Positions 21,283 through 33,116 of a stretch of DNA of 64,000 bases are shown in pieces. Source of the stretch: Naegleria gruberi (lineage: Eukaryota); the NCBI GenBank assembly GCA_000004985.1, contig GG738849.1. One strand, written 5' to 3'. The translations under genes were made by a program, and so were the position numbers. The first letter of the stretch is position 1, and each line of letters starts with the position of its first letter. The notes under the pieces are model-generated. The model was not told the origin of the DNA. It did no database searches and saw only the letters and a list, made by a program, of their open reading frames with translations.

Positions 21283-22674
21283 TCAAATCAAATTTCCTTC
21301 ATTCTGTAACTCTGTTTCAATAAATATTTGATCACTCAAAGAGAATAAGTCTTGGTGAGGCAAATAAACATGTTGATAATAGCTTTTGAAAAAGTGAATG
21401 GCTGAACAAGCTATATTTCCAAAATATGCTCCTCCACTATGCAAACCCATTATTCTTGTTGAAATGTAACTCTTCTGGAACAAGTTTTTTAGTTCGGTTT
21501 CATTGATTGTTATTTGATCATATTTCACAATCTCTCCTAACCGGTCGACATTGATTCTACACTTAAATAAAGGCCCTCCAGAGCAACAGATAGTGGTTCC
21601 ACAATTGTAAACAGGGTTGTTCCCTGGCTTACAAGATGTAGTCCATCCAAAAGACAGGGCCATATCGAAGGGAATAATTTTCCAAACATCTTCAATTTCA
21701 AATCCAATCTCTCTTAATCTTTTAAATTCTCTACAGTCATTATCAAAGGTGCCTTTTGTGAAATAGCCAATAAGCAAAGTTGAATAAATGCACGGATATC
21801 CTTCTGTTTCTGTAAAATGGTTTAATGCTCTTGATTCTGATGGAGAAGGAATTAATGTTAACGAATCTTCTAAAAGGTCGTTCGTCATCCCAGAGGTAAC
21901 CTTCAAAAGTGCCCAGTCAGAGGAGTGGTCTTTTTTCGTTTTAAAATCTCCTGTTTCCACTAGACTACCATCACACTCCTTAAATTGCCCACCATTACTC
22001 AAGACAATGAAAATTCCCTTAATAATTGGATTATTCATCTCTTTAGGATAAAATATATGAGCACTTGTTAAAGCCATCATATAGTCCAAAGATTTATCTT
22101 TCAAGACAATAACACCACTTCCAATGAAGGAACGGGTTTCGTATCCTTCTTGTAGAATGACTGTTATTTTGCATGAGTGAGCATATATGGACTTTAAAGC
22201 ACAATCTTGAGAAGCAAAACTCCACTCTTTTTCAAGAAACTTTGGAGTGATAAGGTTGTGGTAATTAATTTTTCTCTTTGCATCTGTCTTGAGGAGTGCA
22301 ACAGAGTTTCCTTTGAAATGTTTTTGCTCAGTTTCTGTTAGTTCTTCATTGGAAATCAACTTATCCTTATTAATTACATTAAAGAACACAGTTTCCCAAA
22401 CAATATCTTCATCATTGGTCTCGAATGAAAATTCAGGAATGTTATTACTAACGGCAAAACATTCATCAGGGCTATCGAGTTGAACTTCTGGTTCTGGTTC
22501 TAACATACTAAGGCTATTATTTTTTTTTGATTTTAAAATTATTCCTAATAGTGTTTGATGAATGTTTGGTAGTGAAATTGGAGAACTCAAGATAATGATG
22601 GAAAACCATCCTCGACGAATAATAACTTTAATGGAAATAGTTTGGCATGTTGCATTGTAAATTGATCCTATCAA
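21283..22674 (-). CDS. Trypsin-like (PA-clan) peptidase-domain protein in which the GDSGGP motif reads CCSGGPLF.
   Basis: The 463-aa ORF has a His-region motif MALTSAHIF and a Ser-region motif GTTICCSGGPLF, where the canonical Asp is replaced by Cys. Confidence 0.35.
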   Translation of the reverse strand: MIGSIYNATCQTISIKVIIRRGWFSIIILSSPISLPNIHQTLLGIILKSKKNNSLSMLEPEPEVQLDSPDECFAVSNNIPEFSFETNDEDIVWETVFFNVINKDKLISNEELTETEQKHFKGNSVALLKTDAKRKINYHNLITPKFLEKEWSFASQDCALKSIYAHSCKITVILQEGYETRSFIGSGVIVLKDKSLDYMMALTSAHIFYPKEMNNPIIKGIFIVLSNGGQFKECDGSLVETGDFKTKKDHSSDWALLKVTSGMTNDLLEDSLTLIPSPSESRALNHFTETEGYPCIYSTLLIGYFTKGTFDNDCREFKRLREIGFEIEDVWKIIPFDMALSFGWTTSCKPGNNPVYNCGTTICCSGGPLFKCRINVDRLGEIVKYDQITINETELKNLFQKSYISTRIMGLHSGGAYFGNIACSAIHFFKSYYQHVYLPHQDLFSLSDQIFIETELQNEGNLI

Positions 22675-22686
22675 AAGTTAAAAAAA

Positions 22687-23391
22687 ATGTCAAAAGATAA
22701 TTTGTTATTTCTTGTTGTTATCATTGTTGGTGTATTGACTCATCTCTCTACACAAACATCATATCCACTATCCGAATCCATCACAACAATGATCAAACAA
22801 TCTCGCCAACAATATTCTGAAGCAAGTCGTTTCGAATACATGAAGAAACTTTCCGAAACTAAAAATCAACGTTCAGTTCTTGCCACTTCAGGTGTAGAAT
22901 CTGGTACATGGTTACTAGGTGATATGACACTGTTTGATAAGAATTGCGATCAATCAGTTCTTCCATTCACTCAAATGCAGTCAACTGGAAATGACATTAC
23001 AATTTCACATATCATTGGCAACTTTAAAATGTCAATTGGAACCATCATTCAAAGACCATTAAGTAATTTATATAATGCCATTCTTTCCTATGATGGGGAT
23101 AGTATTCCAATTTGTTTTAATTTTAAAGATGGACAACTGGCATTTACTTCTGATTTCTTACTTTGTTCCTCAGTTGACAATTTCACACCAACTTGCCAAG
23201 CATCAAATGGAAATATTTACAATATTGCAATTGTTTACAAATCACCTGGTTCAATTTCTGGAGGAGTAACTGCAGCATTAGTTATTGGAATTGTTTTGGT
23301 ATGTTTACTGATTTTGTGTTGTTTCATTTGTTGTATTGTTTGCATGGTAAGAAGTGGAAGATCTCAAACAAATTATGGAAGATTAAATTAA
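22687..23391 (+). CDS. Type I membrane protein with a signal peptide and a C-terminal Cys-rich transmembrane/juxtamembrane segment (CLLILCCFICCIVCM); hypothetical.
   Basis: 234-aa ORF; the hydrophobic N-terminus and the cysteine-cluster C-terminus suggest a palmitoylated membrane anchor. Confidence 0.35.
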   Translation: MSKDNLLFLVVIIVGVLTHLSTQTSYPLSESITTMIKQSRQQYSEASRFEYMKKLSETKNQRSVLATSGVESGTWLLGDMTLFDKNCDQSVLPFTQMQSTGNDITISHIIGNFKMSIGTIIQRPLSNLYNAILSYDGDSIPICFNFKDGQLAFTSDFLLCSSVDNFTPTCQASNGNIYNIAIVYKSPGSISGGVTAALVIGIVLVCLLILCCFICCIVCMVRSGRSQTNYGRLN

Positions 23392-23663
23392 AGTCATCTG
23401 CAAATGCAAACCATCTTTCATTCAAATTATTTGGTGTAAATAAATCTCTTTTTCAGATTCTAATTCGTGAACAGTCAAAGAACTTTGCAAAGTATTCATG
23501 CATGAATAAAATTTAATATTTTGTTTTATTATTGTATGAACTTGTTAAATTCAATACCATTTAAACTTCAGGAACCAATTTTGCAGGACCTATTCATTGG
23601 AATTAATGAGGAATAAATCATCATATGATGAAGTGTTTCATGTAAGGAAAACAAACAATAATT

Positions 23664-23927
23664 CTACATACCAGTCGATCTCTTATAAATTAAAATACCC
23701 CACAAAATACTCCAAACCCATCCGACAACAAACCATGAAGTAAACATTTGCAAAAGACCGAATATTATGCAATAAGTCTTCTTCTTATCCTTCTTAGTCA
23801 AAAAGGCAGCAATAAAGGTACCCAAACCTGGCCAGATAATATTCAAAATCAACAAAATAATTGGCCAGTTATCCTCCACCTTTGGAATATACTTTAACAA
23901 TGATTTTAAGAGACCTGCTTCAGACAT
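23664..23927 (-). CDS. Small two-transmembrane protein, possibly of the SPEC3/stum-like family.
   Basis: The 87-aa ORF reads ...IIWPGLGTFIAAF...GLLQMFTSWFVVGWVWSILWGILIY. Confidence 0.3.
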   Translation of the reverse strand: MSEAGLLKSLLKYIPKVEDNWPIILLILNIIWPGLGTFIAAFLTKKDKKKTYCIIFGLLQMFTSWFVVGWVWSILWGILIYKRSTGM

Positions 23928-24479
23928 TTTGTGTTGAGTTTTTTTTATGTTGTTGTGGCTATTAAAATGGCGCCAAATTGTAATTTAAGGTTTTGGAGCC
24001 TTCCTAAAAGGGATGATGAGAAAGTGATGGCCGAAAGGTGTGACCTGAATGGCTGTGGATTGGCTACAAGTGGAAAGGATGGTAGACAATTAGTCTATGC
24101 TGAGAAGTTGTGGAAAAGGACATGGCTTTAACCAATTCCAAATTGTTGCAAGTCAAGGAAATTCAAACAATTTCATGAACTATCTCAATTGTACTTCAAA
24201 TTTTCAAACTATTCCAGTAGCACAGTTCAGTTGTGAAATCAGAACCTCAATCTCCTTAAACATCTCAAAAACCCCTCCATCAACATTCAAAGCGATCAGT
24301 CACCACGGATAATAGCAAACATAGTTTAGGAACTGTCTTCATTTTCATTGGACTGAAAATAAGAAAAAAAATAGCAACCTTAACCTTGAAATTAACCCCC
24401 AAACAATTCAAAATTAATAAAACAACTCTCCGTTAGGTCAAATTCAATTAAGAATTTTTGATTGAAAAGTTGAAAAAAA

Positions 24480-25787
24480 ATGAACGTGCAACACATAAAG
24501 ACCATTTCATCTTCCTCCTCAGAGGATGAACGAATTTCCATTATCAAATCAGAGAAAGCCTCTTCATCATCAGCATCACGTAGAAAAGTAATTTTAGGAA
24601 TTTCCATCACAATGATTATTCTGGTGATTTGTTTGATTGTTTTGGGAGTAATTGTGATGGCTATTTGTTTTGGAGTTGGTTCATATGTGTGGGATTTAGC
24701 ATTTGGAACTGATAAAGCAGAGGATTGTCCGAATAGTGTGAGACAGAACAGACCTTGGAATTTTACTGTGGCCGATGCTGATTATTGTCCTCCCTTGGTT
24801 GATTCCTATAATTATTCATTGTTGAAGAATGTTTATTTGAATTATGATGAAATTAAACCATATTTTGAGGAGGTTACATTTAAATCGAGAGATACTGAGT
24901 GGGTTGCAAGTGGAAGTGGAAATATTGTTGGAAATTTGGTGTTACAACCAGTTGTGAATGAAACGAGTCGTTTTGTGATTGTTGTGCACGGATATCAATG
25001 TTGTAGATTTACGTATGCAAGTGTTGAGCCAGCTGCCATGCTCTATAGAAATGGATTCAATGTCTTGTATATTGATTTGAGAAATTATGGAGATTCTGAT
25101 ATTTATGCTCCAAATCCATACGCTTCATATGGTTATTATGAACATCGTGATGTTTTGGGAGCTTTGGATTATTTGGAGAGTAGATTTAAATTCCTAAAGA
25201 ATGCTTCACAACCAAGAGTGGCTGTTTTTGGAACTTCAATGGTAAGTCTTTCAGGAAATAATTATTGAAACTAAACTGTTCAGGGAGCTGCAACCTCATT
25301 GATTGCCTTCTCACAAGAGAAGAGATTCAAAATGGTATTTGCCGATTCACCACCTTGTAACGTGTACGAAACAATAATGTTTGGAGCTGAACAAATTGCT
25401 CCTGGCATGTCGGGTGCCCTTTTTAATTTAGCCAAATCAGTAGTTGCAATTAAGGGAACTCAAGGATTTCCACCATTCCCTCTCGATCCTCAAACATGCA
25501 TGAAAACTGTTGACCTATCAGGAGAGAGAAGAATATTCTTCTTCCAAGGTTCATCAGATTATGTAGTTCCAGAATTCAATTATTATCAATGTATTGAAGC
25601 AGCTACCGCCAGTGCCAAATCTCAGAACGTAAACATTACAGAAAAGATCAATTCACACTTGTTTGAAGTGGATTATTCCAAGATTAGTGGAAGAGGAGTT
25701 GATTTTTGTGATGGACACCTGGTGCCAATGTATGTCGATCCTGCAGGATATGAAAAGATAATGATTGGATTTTTCAAAGATTTGTAG
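24480..25787 (+). CDS. Membrane-anchored alpha/beta-hydrolase-fold protein in two exons; the intron is about 25244..25285.
   Basis: An N-terminal transmembrane segment (ILGISITMIILVICLIVLGVIVMAICF) is followed by VIVVHGY... The nucleophile elbow GTSMG is formed across the splice (..AVFGTSM|GAATSLIAF..). The C-terminus reads ...FFFQGSSDYVVP... The ORF track splits this gene into 24480..25268 and 25299..25787. Confidence 0.5.
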
Positions 25788-26151
25788 AAATACATTAATT
25801 TATTCTTATACTTTGATTGGAGCCACTTGATACTCTAGGTGGTGTTTCAATATTGCTTTTTCTACAATTTCATGAACCAATGATACTTTGATCTACTTTG
25901 GTTGAAAGATTCAAATCCTTGAGGACCAGGAACTCCATGTTAACAAGTATCCCTTCTTAGCGACCTTATTCTTGAGCTCCACTGAAGAACAAATATACGA
26001 ATTGAATTTAAAGCAAAACTTAAGATGAAAAAGATTATAACACTTCTTAAAATTTTTAAATAGTAATTCTGCAAACTCAAACCTTGAATATTGAATTTCC
26101 ACCTTATGTTTTTGAATTCTTGCACCTTTACAAAATTTCCACTAATAAAAA

Positions 26152-26682
26152 ATGTTGAAACACATCCGATCATCATCCGTTCTGATGAACACAAAGAGAT
26201 TCTACACAACAACAATTATTAACAAATTCATGAATAATTCATCATTATTATCATCATCATCAGCACCAACAACAACCACTACTGAACATACACCACTTGG
26301 TGATTTTCCCTTCACTCAAACTCAATACATCGGAGCAATCAATAGAACTGTCGATAGAATTACAGAAGTATTGGATAAATTCTATGATTCGGAGGTGGAT
26401 AACTTGGAAGAGAAGGGTATGGATTTGGAGGTTGAAGGAGGACATGATGGAGTTGTAAATATTAAAGTCACAACAAGTGAAGATAAGCTGATGGTTTTTG
26501 TAGTTTCGAGACAAACCCCTGCTAGAGAGTTGTGGCTTTCGAGTGCCATCAGTGGACCTTGGCATTATAGATATGATCATGTCAATGATGATTGGATTTG
26601 CACACGAGAGGGACATTTGAAATTTTGGCAAAGAATGGAAAAGGAATTATCACAAGTTTTAGAACAGGAAATTAAATTTTAA
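26152..26682 (+). CDS. FXN: Frataxin (mitochondrial iron-sulfur cluster assembly protein).
   Basis: A presequence is followed by ...YIGAINRTVDRITEVLDKF...DGVVNIKV...ELWLSSAISGPWHYRYDHVNDDWICTREGHLKFWQRMEKELS, which contains the frataxin signature (LWL.S..SGP..Y......W...R.G). Confidence 0.85.
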   Translation: MLKHIRSSSVLMNTKRFYTTTIINKFMNNSSLLSSSSAPTTTTTEHTPLGDFPFTQTQYIGAINRTVDRITEVLDKFYDSEVDNLEEKGMDLEVEGGHDGVVNIKVTTSEDKLMVFVVSRQTPARELWLSSAISGPWHYRYDHVNDDWICTREGHLKFWQRMEKELSQVLEQEIKF

Positions 26683-26883
26683 ATATTCATGATATCATGC
26701 TTTTTAAATTATTATTATTTGATTCCGAATTGATGAATTGTAATTGTTTTAACTATATTTAAAAAGGACAAGATTGTAAAAAAATAAAATATTATTGTAA
26801 TAATACATATATAAATAATTTTATTTTTCCTTAGGGCTCTATTACAAGCACTGTAGTTGTCTCTTATCTACAAATTTACACAT

Positions 26884-27840
26884 TTAAATGAATGGAATGT
26901 CAACACCCAATCTCCATTGTGCCAAAGTGAGAGCAATACCACTCATAATTGGAATTGACAAGTTATCATTAATCTGATCGAGGAAAAGTTCAGTAAGTGT
27001 GGCAGTAATTGCACCAACAAGTGAAATATATTCATAGAGATGAACATGATAAAAGATTGAAAATCCAACAAGGAGACAAACTAAAAAGTTTGCAATGCAT
27101 CCTTCCAATGATTTGCTCTTGTAAACTCTAACTCTACCAAATGAAATACCAACCAATGCAGCAGACAAGTCACCCAAATCCAAGAATAAAAGAGAAGCAA
27201 TAGCAATTGTTGGTTGGAAAAGAATCATTGTCAAGAGTGAACCAATCAAATAATAAGTAGAACCGTTGATATCATTAATTTCCTTCTTTCTCATAATTCT
27301 ACCAGCTGGTGAATCTTGGAAAAACTTGTTGAATTTGTCAGAATTTAATCTCAAAATCTAATTTACATGACATTATGATAATTGACAAGATTCATAAAAC
27401 ATCATAAATCATCAAATAACAAATTGTCATTATTTAAATAATATTATGATCAAATAGTCATCACAACAAGATATTTAAATAATAATAAACGTAATTGTTA
27501 TCACCAACAGTATCGGATCATCATGATGACAAATAAAATTCAACCACTATAAACTTACATCAACTGCAAGTGAAAGACCAGCAAATCCAGCAACAATAGA
27601 ACAAGCATAGAATTGAGACAAGAATTCAAACTTCAATCCAAAATAATAAATACCAGGAACCAACAAACCAATCAAGTGGAATGTCTTTCTCTTAAATTCA
27701 CTCATAAATTTAGCAGCTCTTTGTTTGGATGTTCCTAAAAATTCTCGTACTTGTTGTTGAACACCTTTTCCTTTGAGAAACACTGACACTACCAGGGCAC
27801 TGATAGTCATGACCGTTAAGAGAATCCACAAGAGGTTCAT
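26884..27840 (-). CDS. CTP-dependent polyprenol/diacylglycerol kinase family protein (DGK1/dolichol kinase SEC59-like) in two exons; the long AT-rich intron is about 27355..27546.
   Basis: Multi-transmembrane ORFs at 27547..27840 and 26884..27354 carry the family motif DLGDLSAALVGISFGR. Confidence 0.5.
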
Positions 27841-28205
27841 GGTGTTGTTGAATTTTTTTTAAAATTAGTGGTGGAGTTTTATTTGAGTGCCATTGATGTT
27901 CAATGTTCGAAGTTTCTCAAGTGAATCAATTCACAAAATAAAATTAGATGGGAATCAAAAAATTGTAATAGAAGAAATGAAATAAAGAATAAAAGAAGAG
28001 ATGTGTTGGCCATCTTTCTTTGAAAATCTTTAACGAAAATCTTTAGCGAAAAGGATATCCTAAACAGTTCCCTTATAATTTCTTCTTACAAATTGTAACA
28101 CCATTGGAGAATATGAAAGAATTTCCAAATTATGATAAATAGTTTTTTGTTTTTTAATGATTCGATTCCAAAATTGTTCAGTTACTGAACTAGTTAATTT
28201 ACAAA

Positions 28206-29626
28206 TTCTTAAAGATTGAAACAACAGATGTCTTGTCGTTACCACCCATGTTAGCACAGACACCGACTTCCAAACTTCCATTCAATTGGTAATCACCTGC
28301 CTTACCCTTCATTTGCTTGAAAACTTCGTTAATTTGTTTAACACCAGTAGCCTTAATAAAAGAGTAAATAAATTATTATACTAAATACTTACACCAACAG
28401 GGTGACCGAATGAGATCAAACCACCACCAGTATTGACCATAGGCTTTGTCAAGTGGAGGAAAGCACCTTCACCTGGCTTGGAGAAGCCCAAAGCTTCATT
28501 CATACCAACTTCAGCAATAGCAAAACAGTCGTGAACTTCAGCAATGGAAACATCAGATGGTGAAACACCAGCCTTCTTGTAAGCTCTCTTAGCAGCAGCA
28601 TAAGTGGTCAACAAGTCAGAGAATGTTTCTGGAGTATCTTGATACAAGTTACCAATGGCAACTTCGGAGGCCAAAACTTCAATAGCATCAGAGTGCTTCA
28701 AGCCCAATTTTTGCAAACCTTCTTCACTGAGAACCAAAAGACCAGCACCACCATCGGAAACTTGAGAACATTCACACATCTTCAAAAAGTCCTTAATTTC
28801 TGGGTTAGAAAGGAATTTTGGTGAATCAATAATACCTTGATGATCGAGTTTAGAAGTGAACATTTGAGCCAATGGATTCTTATTACCAGCTTGATAGGCC
28901 TTGAAAGCAACCTTTTCGACATCTTCAGATTTAACAATTGAACCATACTTCTTCAAGTAGTGCATCTTACGAGTAGCATACCTATTTCATGATCAATTTC
29001 ATTTGTTCGGAATGAATATTTCATTTCGGAATTTGGTAATAATTCATCACACAATTAAAAAATCATTAAATAATTAAAAACATACAAAGCTGGGAATGTA
29101 AATTCATCGAGAACACGTTGTCTATTGAAATCGGCAGCCTTTGCCAAGTGAGCAGCACCTTCACGAGCACTGACAGTATTTTGTTCTTCGGCACCGACAA
29201 CCAAAGCAACATCACTGGTACCAGCCAAAATAGAGTCAACAGCAGCATTGAAAGCAACTAAAATTCATGAATAAATTAATCATGAAAATTAAACTTACCA
29301 CCACCAGAAGCACAAGCAGCTTCCAATCTATAAGATGGCTTGTACAACAAACCAGCATCGGCTTCAGAAATACCTGAACCAATGTGACCTTGTTGAGAGA
29401 AGCATTCACCAGCAAAGTTACCAACGAAAACTTTATCAACTTGTTTACCAGTACACTTATTCATCTTGAGGGTTTCTTGGATAGCTTGGACCAAATAAGT
29501 CTTCAAATCTGGATTGACTTGCTTGCCAAAGAGTGGGTGCTTCTTGTGAATAAAATCTGGATGACCCTTGCCAATAAACTTGGAGGTATAACCACCCAAA
29601 ACGTAGACCTTTCTGAGAGAGCTCAT
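28206..29626 (-). CDS. SCP2-type thiolase (sterol-carrier-protein-X-related / thiolase-like) in four exons.
   Basis: Spliced translation reads MSSLRKVYVLGGYTSKFIGKG...EAACASGG|VAFNAAVDSILAGTSDVALVVGAEE...|...MCECSQVSDGGAGLLVLSEEG...NTGGGLISFGHPVGV|ATGVKQINEVFKQMKG...GVCANMGGN... These are thiolase active-site blocks. Introns start GTAAGT. Confidence 0.65.
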
Positions 29627-30232
29627 TGTATGTATTGTTAGTGTTTTGATATTTTTTTTTGCTTGAAATTCTGCGCATTCATGCAAAGTGCGTCCCACCT
29701 TGGAAAATAAAGCGAGAAAATTTTGTAAAACCTCGCGTTTTGATCTGTTAAAATGTGTAAAAAAGAACCCAACAATATTTAGCGAGATTTAGGTCACTAC
29801 TCAATTCATTGTTCACCACCTTTGTTGTTTTTTCAATGTGAATGAACCAACTTTTTAAGGTTCAAATAAGGTAGGTTTTGGATTTTGATGATTTGCCTTA
29901 AAGATTTCCAAATGGCGAATTACATAACATCCTATAATAGTTATGGATTGTTGACTTTTCAAATTTATTTTCTGGCATGTGAAATATGTCATTATCTCTC
30001 ATGTGAAAGAATTTCTGGTTTAAGTATTTAACTAAGATGAAATTACCTTTACCTGATTGAATAAATAGTTAAATGTCCTTGATATTCTTAAAATTAATAG
30101 GAACAAACTCACAAAATTAATATTAAATTAATAAGAATGAAAAAGATAATATGATGTACATCCATTATATTAAGCAGAGAAAACAATTTATATATTGAAT
30201 TAATTTTAAATGAATAAATATTTTTTAAAAAA

Positions 30233-30436
30233 ATGTTCACCACATCCCTTGTTTGCCAAATGTCGGCAAGATTCACCAAGGCTCAAATTCGTCGTCTCCG
30301 TGAAACTAGAAACTTGCAAAAGCTCCGTGAAGAACAAAAGCAAACTCTCAACAAGCGTTATTATCCTGCTTTGGAACCAACTTGGCACAAGAAGGCTTCT
30401 TGGAAGAAGCTTGTTGAATCAGTGCAACAACAATAA
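30233..30436 (+). CDS. Small basic protein, possibly a mitochondrial ribosomal protein of mL63/MRP63 type.
   Basis: The 67-aa ORF MFTTSLVCQMSARFTKAQIRRLRETRNLQKLREEQKQTLNKRYYPALEPTWHKK.. resembles the MRP63 N-terminus (MFLTAL...AKQNMIRRLE). Confidence 0.25.
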   Translation: MFTTSLVCQMSARFTKAQIRRLRETRNLQKLREEQKQTLNKRYYPALEPTWHKKASWKKLVESVQQQ

Positions 30437-30951
30437 TTTAACTAATAACAATAACCTAATTTTTGGAACGAGTTTATAGTATCATAGTATCGGAACATCA
30501 GAAAATAAAACATTAAAAAACATTCGCAAATTCTCCAACAATTATCTTTCAATCATTATCTTATTTCCCAACAAAACAAATTAGAAATAATTTTAAAAAA
30601 CTATTTCTTGCCTCCAACTCTGCTCACCTGGACAATGTGTGAATAGGTTTAATATGGTCAAGGAATCTATCAACCCCCGTATAGACTACATCTAGTGGAA
30701 GCCAGAAAATAGCTTTTAAGAGGTTTTAAATTGGGTAAAGATTTACGCAATGTATTTTCCTTCTGGATTATTGTATTTGACAAAAATGAGATTTACTTTT
30801 GGTTTTTTAATTTTAAAATATTATTTAATTGTTTTAAAAGATTCTAAACAATTTAGATTTCATTATTCTATAAAATTGAACATAACTAAAAGATAATATA
30901 TTAAACTGGGCAGATAAAGAAACATTCAATTATTAATAACATTAAAAAAAA

Positions 30952-33084
30952 ATGAGTTCATCCCAAACACCATCATCACAACAAGGAGGTGAGTCATCCA
31001 ATCCACCTTCAAGTAGCAGCAGCAGTGGTATCAATCAATACAATACTTCTCAAGCTACAGGAGGTTCCTCGTCATCTTATTATGGTCGGGGTAGTGGTAG
31101 TAGCGGTGGTGGTGGAAATACTTCAGCCTCTTCTCATCATTCATATAATAATAATTATAATTATTATTCTAGGTCTTCCGGTGGTAGTAGTAGTGGAGGT
31201 TATAATTATAATCGCTCTGGAAATTATTACAATAATAGTGGACATTATTCACAAAGTCAACAACCTTCTTCGACATCATCATCGTCATCGACGAGTGGTA
31301 ATACCAACCCAAATTCTGCAAATCCACAACCACCTCCACCTACAAGTGGTAGTGATAATTCTACAATGTCTACATCGGCAACAAATGTGACTGCCGCAAC
31401 AGGAGCCTCTTCATCATCTATGAGTCAGGATGGAGGAAATTCTCAATCATCCTATCATCAGTATGGTAATTATAGAAGATTTGGAAATGATCAACAACAA
31501 ATGTATTCGGGAAGAGATTATTATTATAGAAGAGATGCAGGATATGATCAATATAGAACAGATGACATGTCATATAATAGATCCTACTATCAACAAAACT
31601 ATCAAAGAAAGAATTTTTCCTCTCCAAGTGGTTACAATAACAAGTATTATTACAATACCACAAGTCCATATACAAGCTATCATGCAAGTAGCAATCCAAC
31701 TGCAGCAGCTGCTGCATTAGCTTCTAGGCAATCCAGCGAACAGTCCAAGTCACAAACCAACACTTCAACATCAACTACTACCAGTAACGAGACTACCCCA
31801 AGCAAAAATTCAACAGTATCAAATGCAACAAATGTAACAACAACAACAGTGGATTCTACCAATCCTCCCCAACAAACCACAACAACACCTCCACCACCAA
31901 CTGTTAGCAATAGTAATGCTATGAGTAGTGGCAACACTTCAGTGCCATCCACACCAACCAAGTCTGTCACAAATGCAACAGACCAGCAGCCAGTTACACC
32001 TTCGGAAAAGAGCTATTCATCACATTATCACGATGTTAATTCATATGGATCTCATTACGATCCAAATTTAATGCAAGATGACATGTACAAGTACGATCAT
32101 GATTACTATGGATACGATAGAAGATATAATTATCAAATGAGAGGAAGAGATTATTACGATCACAGAGGAACTTATCAAACTGATCCAAACTATAGGTACG
32201 CATCACCAAAGGATGCCTATGCCTACAATTCAGCAACAGGTTATGACCATCGTTCTTCCACAAGTGGTGTTAATACTTCTTCTTCACAAGTTTCCTCTTC
32301 GACTGGTACTCCAACCAGTGCAACAAGTGTTGATAAGGCATCTTTTTGGAACAATCCTCAATATAATAGAGATAATTATTACTACAAGCAACAACAGCCA
32401 TACCAAGGAGCATATAGTACACAATCAACAACCAATGCTTCATATAGCACCCCTCCAAGACAAAATCTTCAAGTTGACACCAGATTCAATAATGCCAACT
32501 ATAATAAGGCCAATGCATCAGCTTCCACACCTATTTCTACACCTTCCAAATTGTCTTCAACAGCTGGAAATTTCTCTACTCAACCTTCAACACCAACTAG
32601 TGCCTTATCTAATCGACCAACAACAACGCCAATAAGTGCTAACACTGTTGCTTACGTAAACCAATCAGTTTTTCCAACTAACAGCCAACCTGTTGAGCAG
32701 CAACAACCTCCAATGTGGGATTATAATGATTATATGGGAACTTTTAAATATTATGATAGTCAAACTCAAAAACATATTATTCGTGTAAGTGAGGGAGACA
32801 ATGAATTGGATATGATTAATGAAAGCTTGGAGAGAATAAGGGAGGAAAAGAGACAACTCTATGAGAAATATCTTGCCTCACAAAAGAGGGTTTTGGAAAC
32901 TGACTATAATTTAATGTTGGCTGAGCTTGATGTCATTGTCTCCAGCACATCAACTATGGACACCACCCCAGAAACAGTCACTCCTCCAATTTCTGAAACT
33001 AGTTTCTCTACTACTACTACTTCTTTAGATATTACATCCCCACAAACACAACTCGATACAAGTGCCATGCAAATTTCAGTATAG
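30952..33084 (+). CDS. Prion-like, intrinsically disordered protein: about 600 aa of S/N/Y/Q/T-rich low complexity with a short structured coiled-coil C-terminus.
   Basis: Single 710-aa ORF. The C-terminus reads PMWDYNDYMGTFKYYDSQTQKHIIRVSEGDNELDMINESLERIREEKRQLYEKYLASQKRVLETDYNLMLAELD. Confidence 0.5.
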   Translation: MSSSQTPSSQQGGESSNPPSSSSSSGINQYNTSQATGGSSSSYYGRGSGSSGGGGNTSASSHHSYNNNYNYYSRSSGGSSSGGYNYNRSGNYYNNSGHYSQSQQPSSTSSSSSTSGNTNPNSANPQPPPPTSGSDNSTMSTSATNVTAATGASSSSMSQDGGNSQSSYHQYGNYRRFGNDQQQMYSGRDYYYRRDAGYDQYRTDDMSYNRSYYQQNYQRKNFSSPSGYNNKYYYNTTSPYTSYHASSNPTAAAAALASRQSSEQSKSQTNTSTSTTTSNETTPSKNSTVSNATNVTTTTVDSTNPPQQTTTTPPPPTVSNSNAMSSGNTSVPSTPTKSVTNATDQQPVTPSEKSYSSHYHDVNSYGSHYDPNLMQDDMYKYDHDYYGYDRRYNYQMRGRDYYDHRGTYQTDPNYRYASPKDAYAYNSATGYDHRSSTSGVNTSSSQVSSSTGTPTSATSVDKASFWNNPQYNRDNYYYKQQQPYQGAYSTQSTTNASYSTPPRQNLQVDTRFNNANYNKANASASTPISTPSKLSSTAGNFSTQPSTPTSALSNRPTTTPISANTVAYVNQSVFPTNSQPVEQQQPPMWDYNDYMGTFKYYDSQTQKHIIRVSEGDNELDMINESLERIREEKRQLYEKYLASQKRVLETDYNLMLAELDVIVSSTSTMDTTPETVTPPISETSFSTTTTSLDITSPQTQLDTSAMQISV

Positions 33085-33116
33085 CCCTAGATAGAATAAA
33101 GCTACATTTACTGCTT

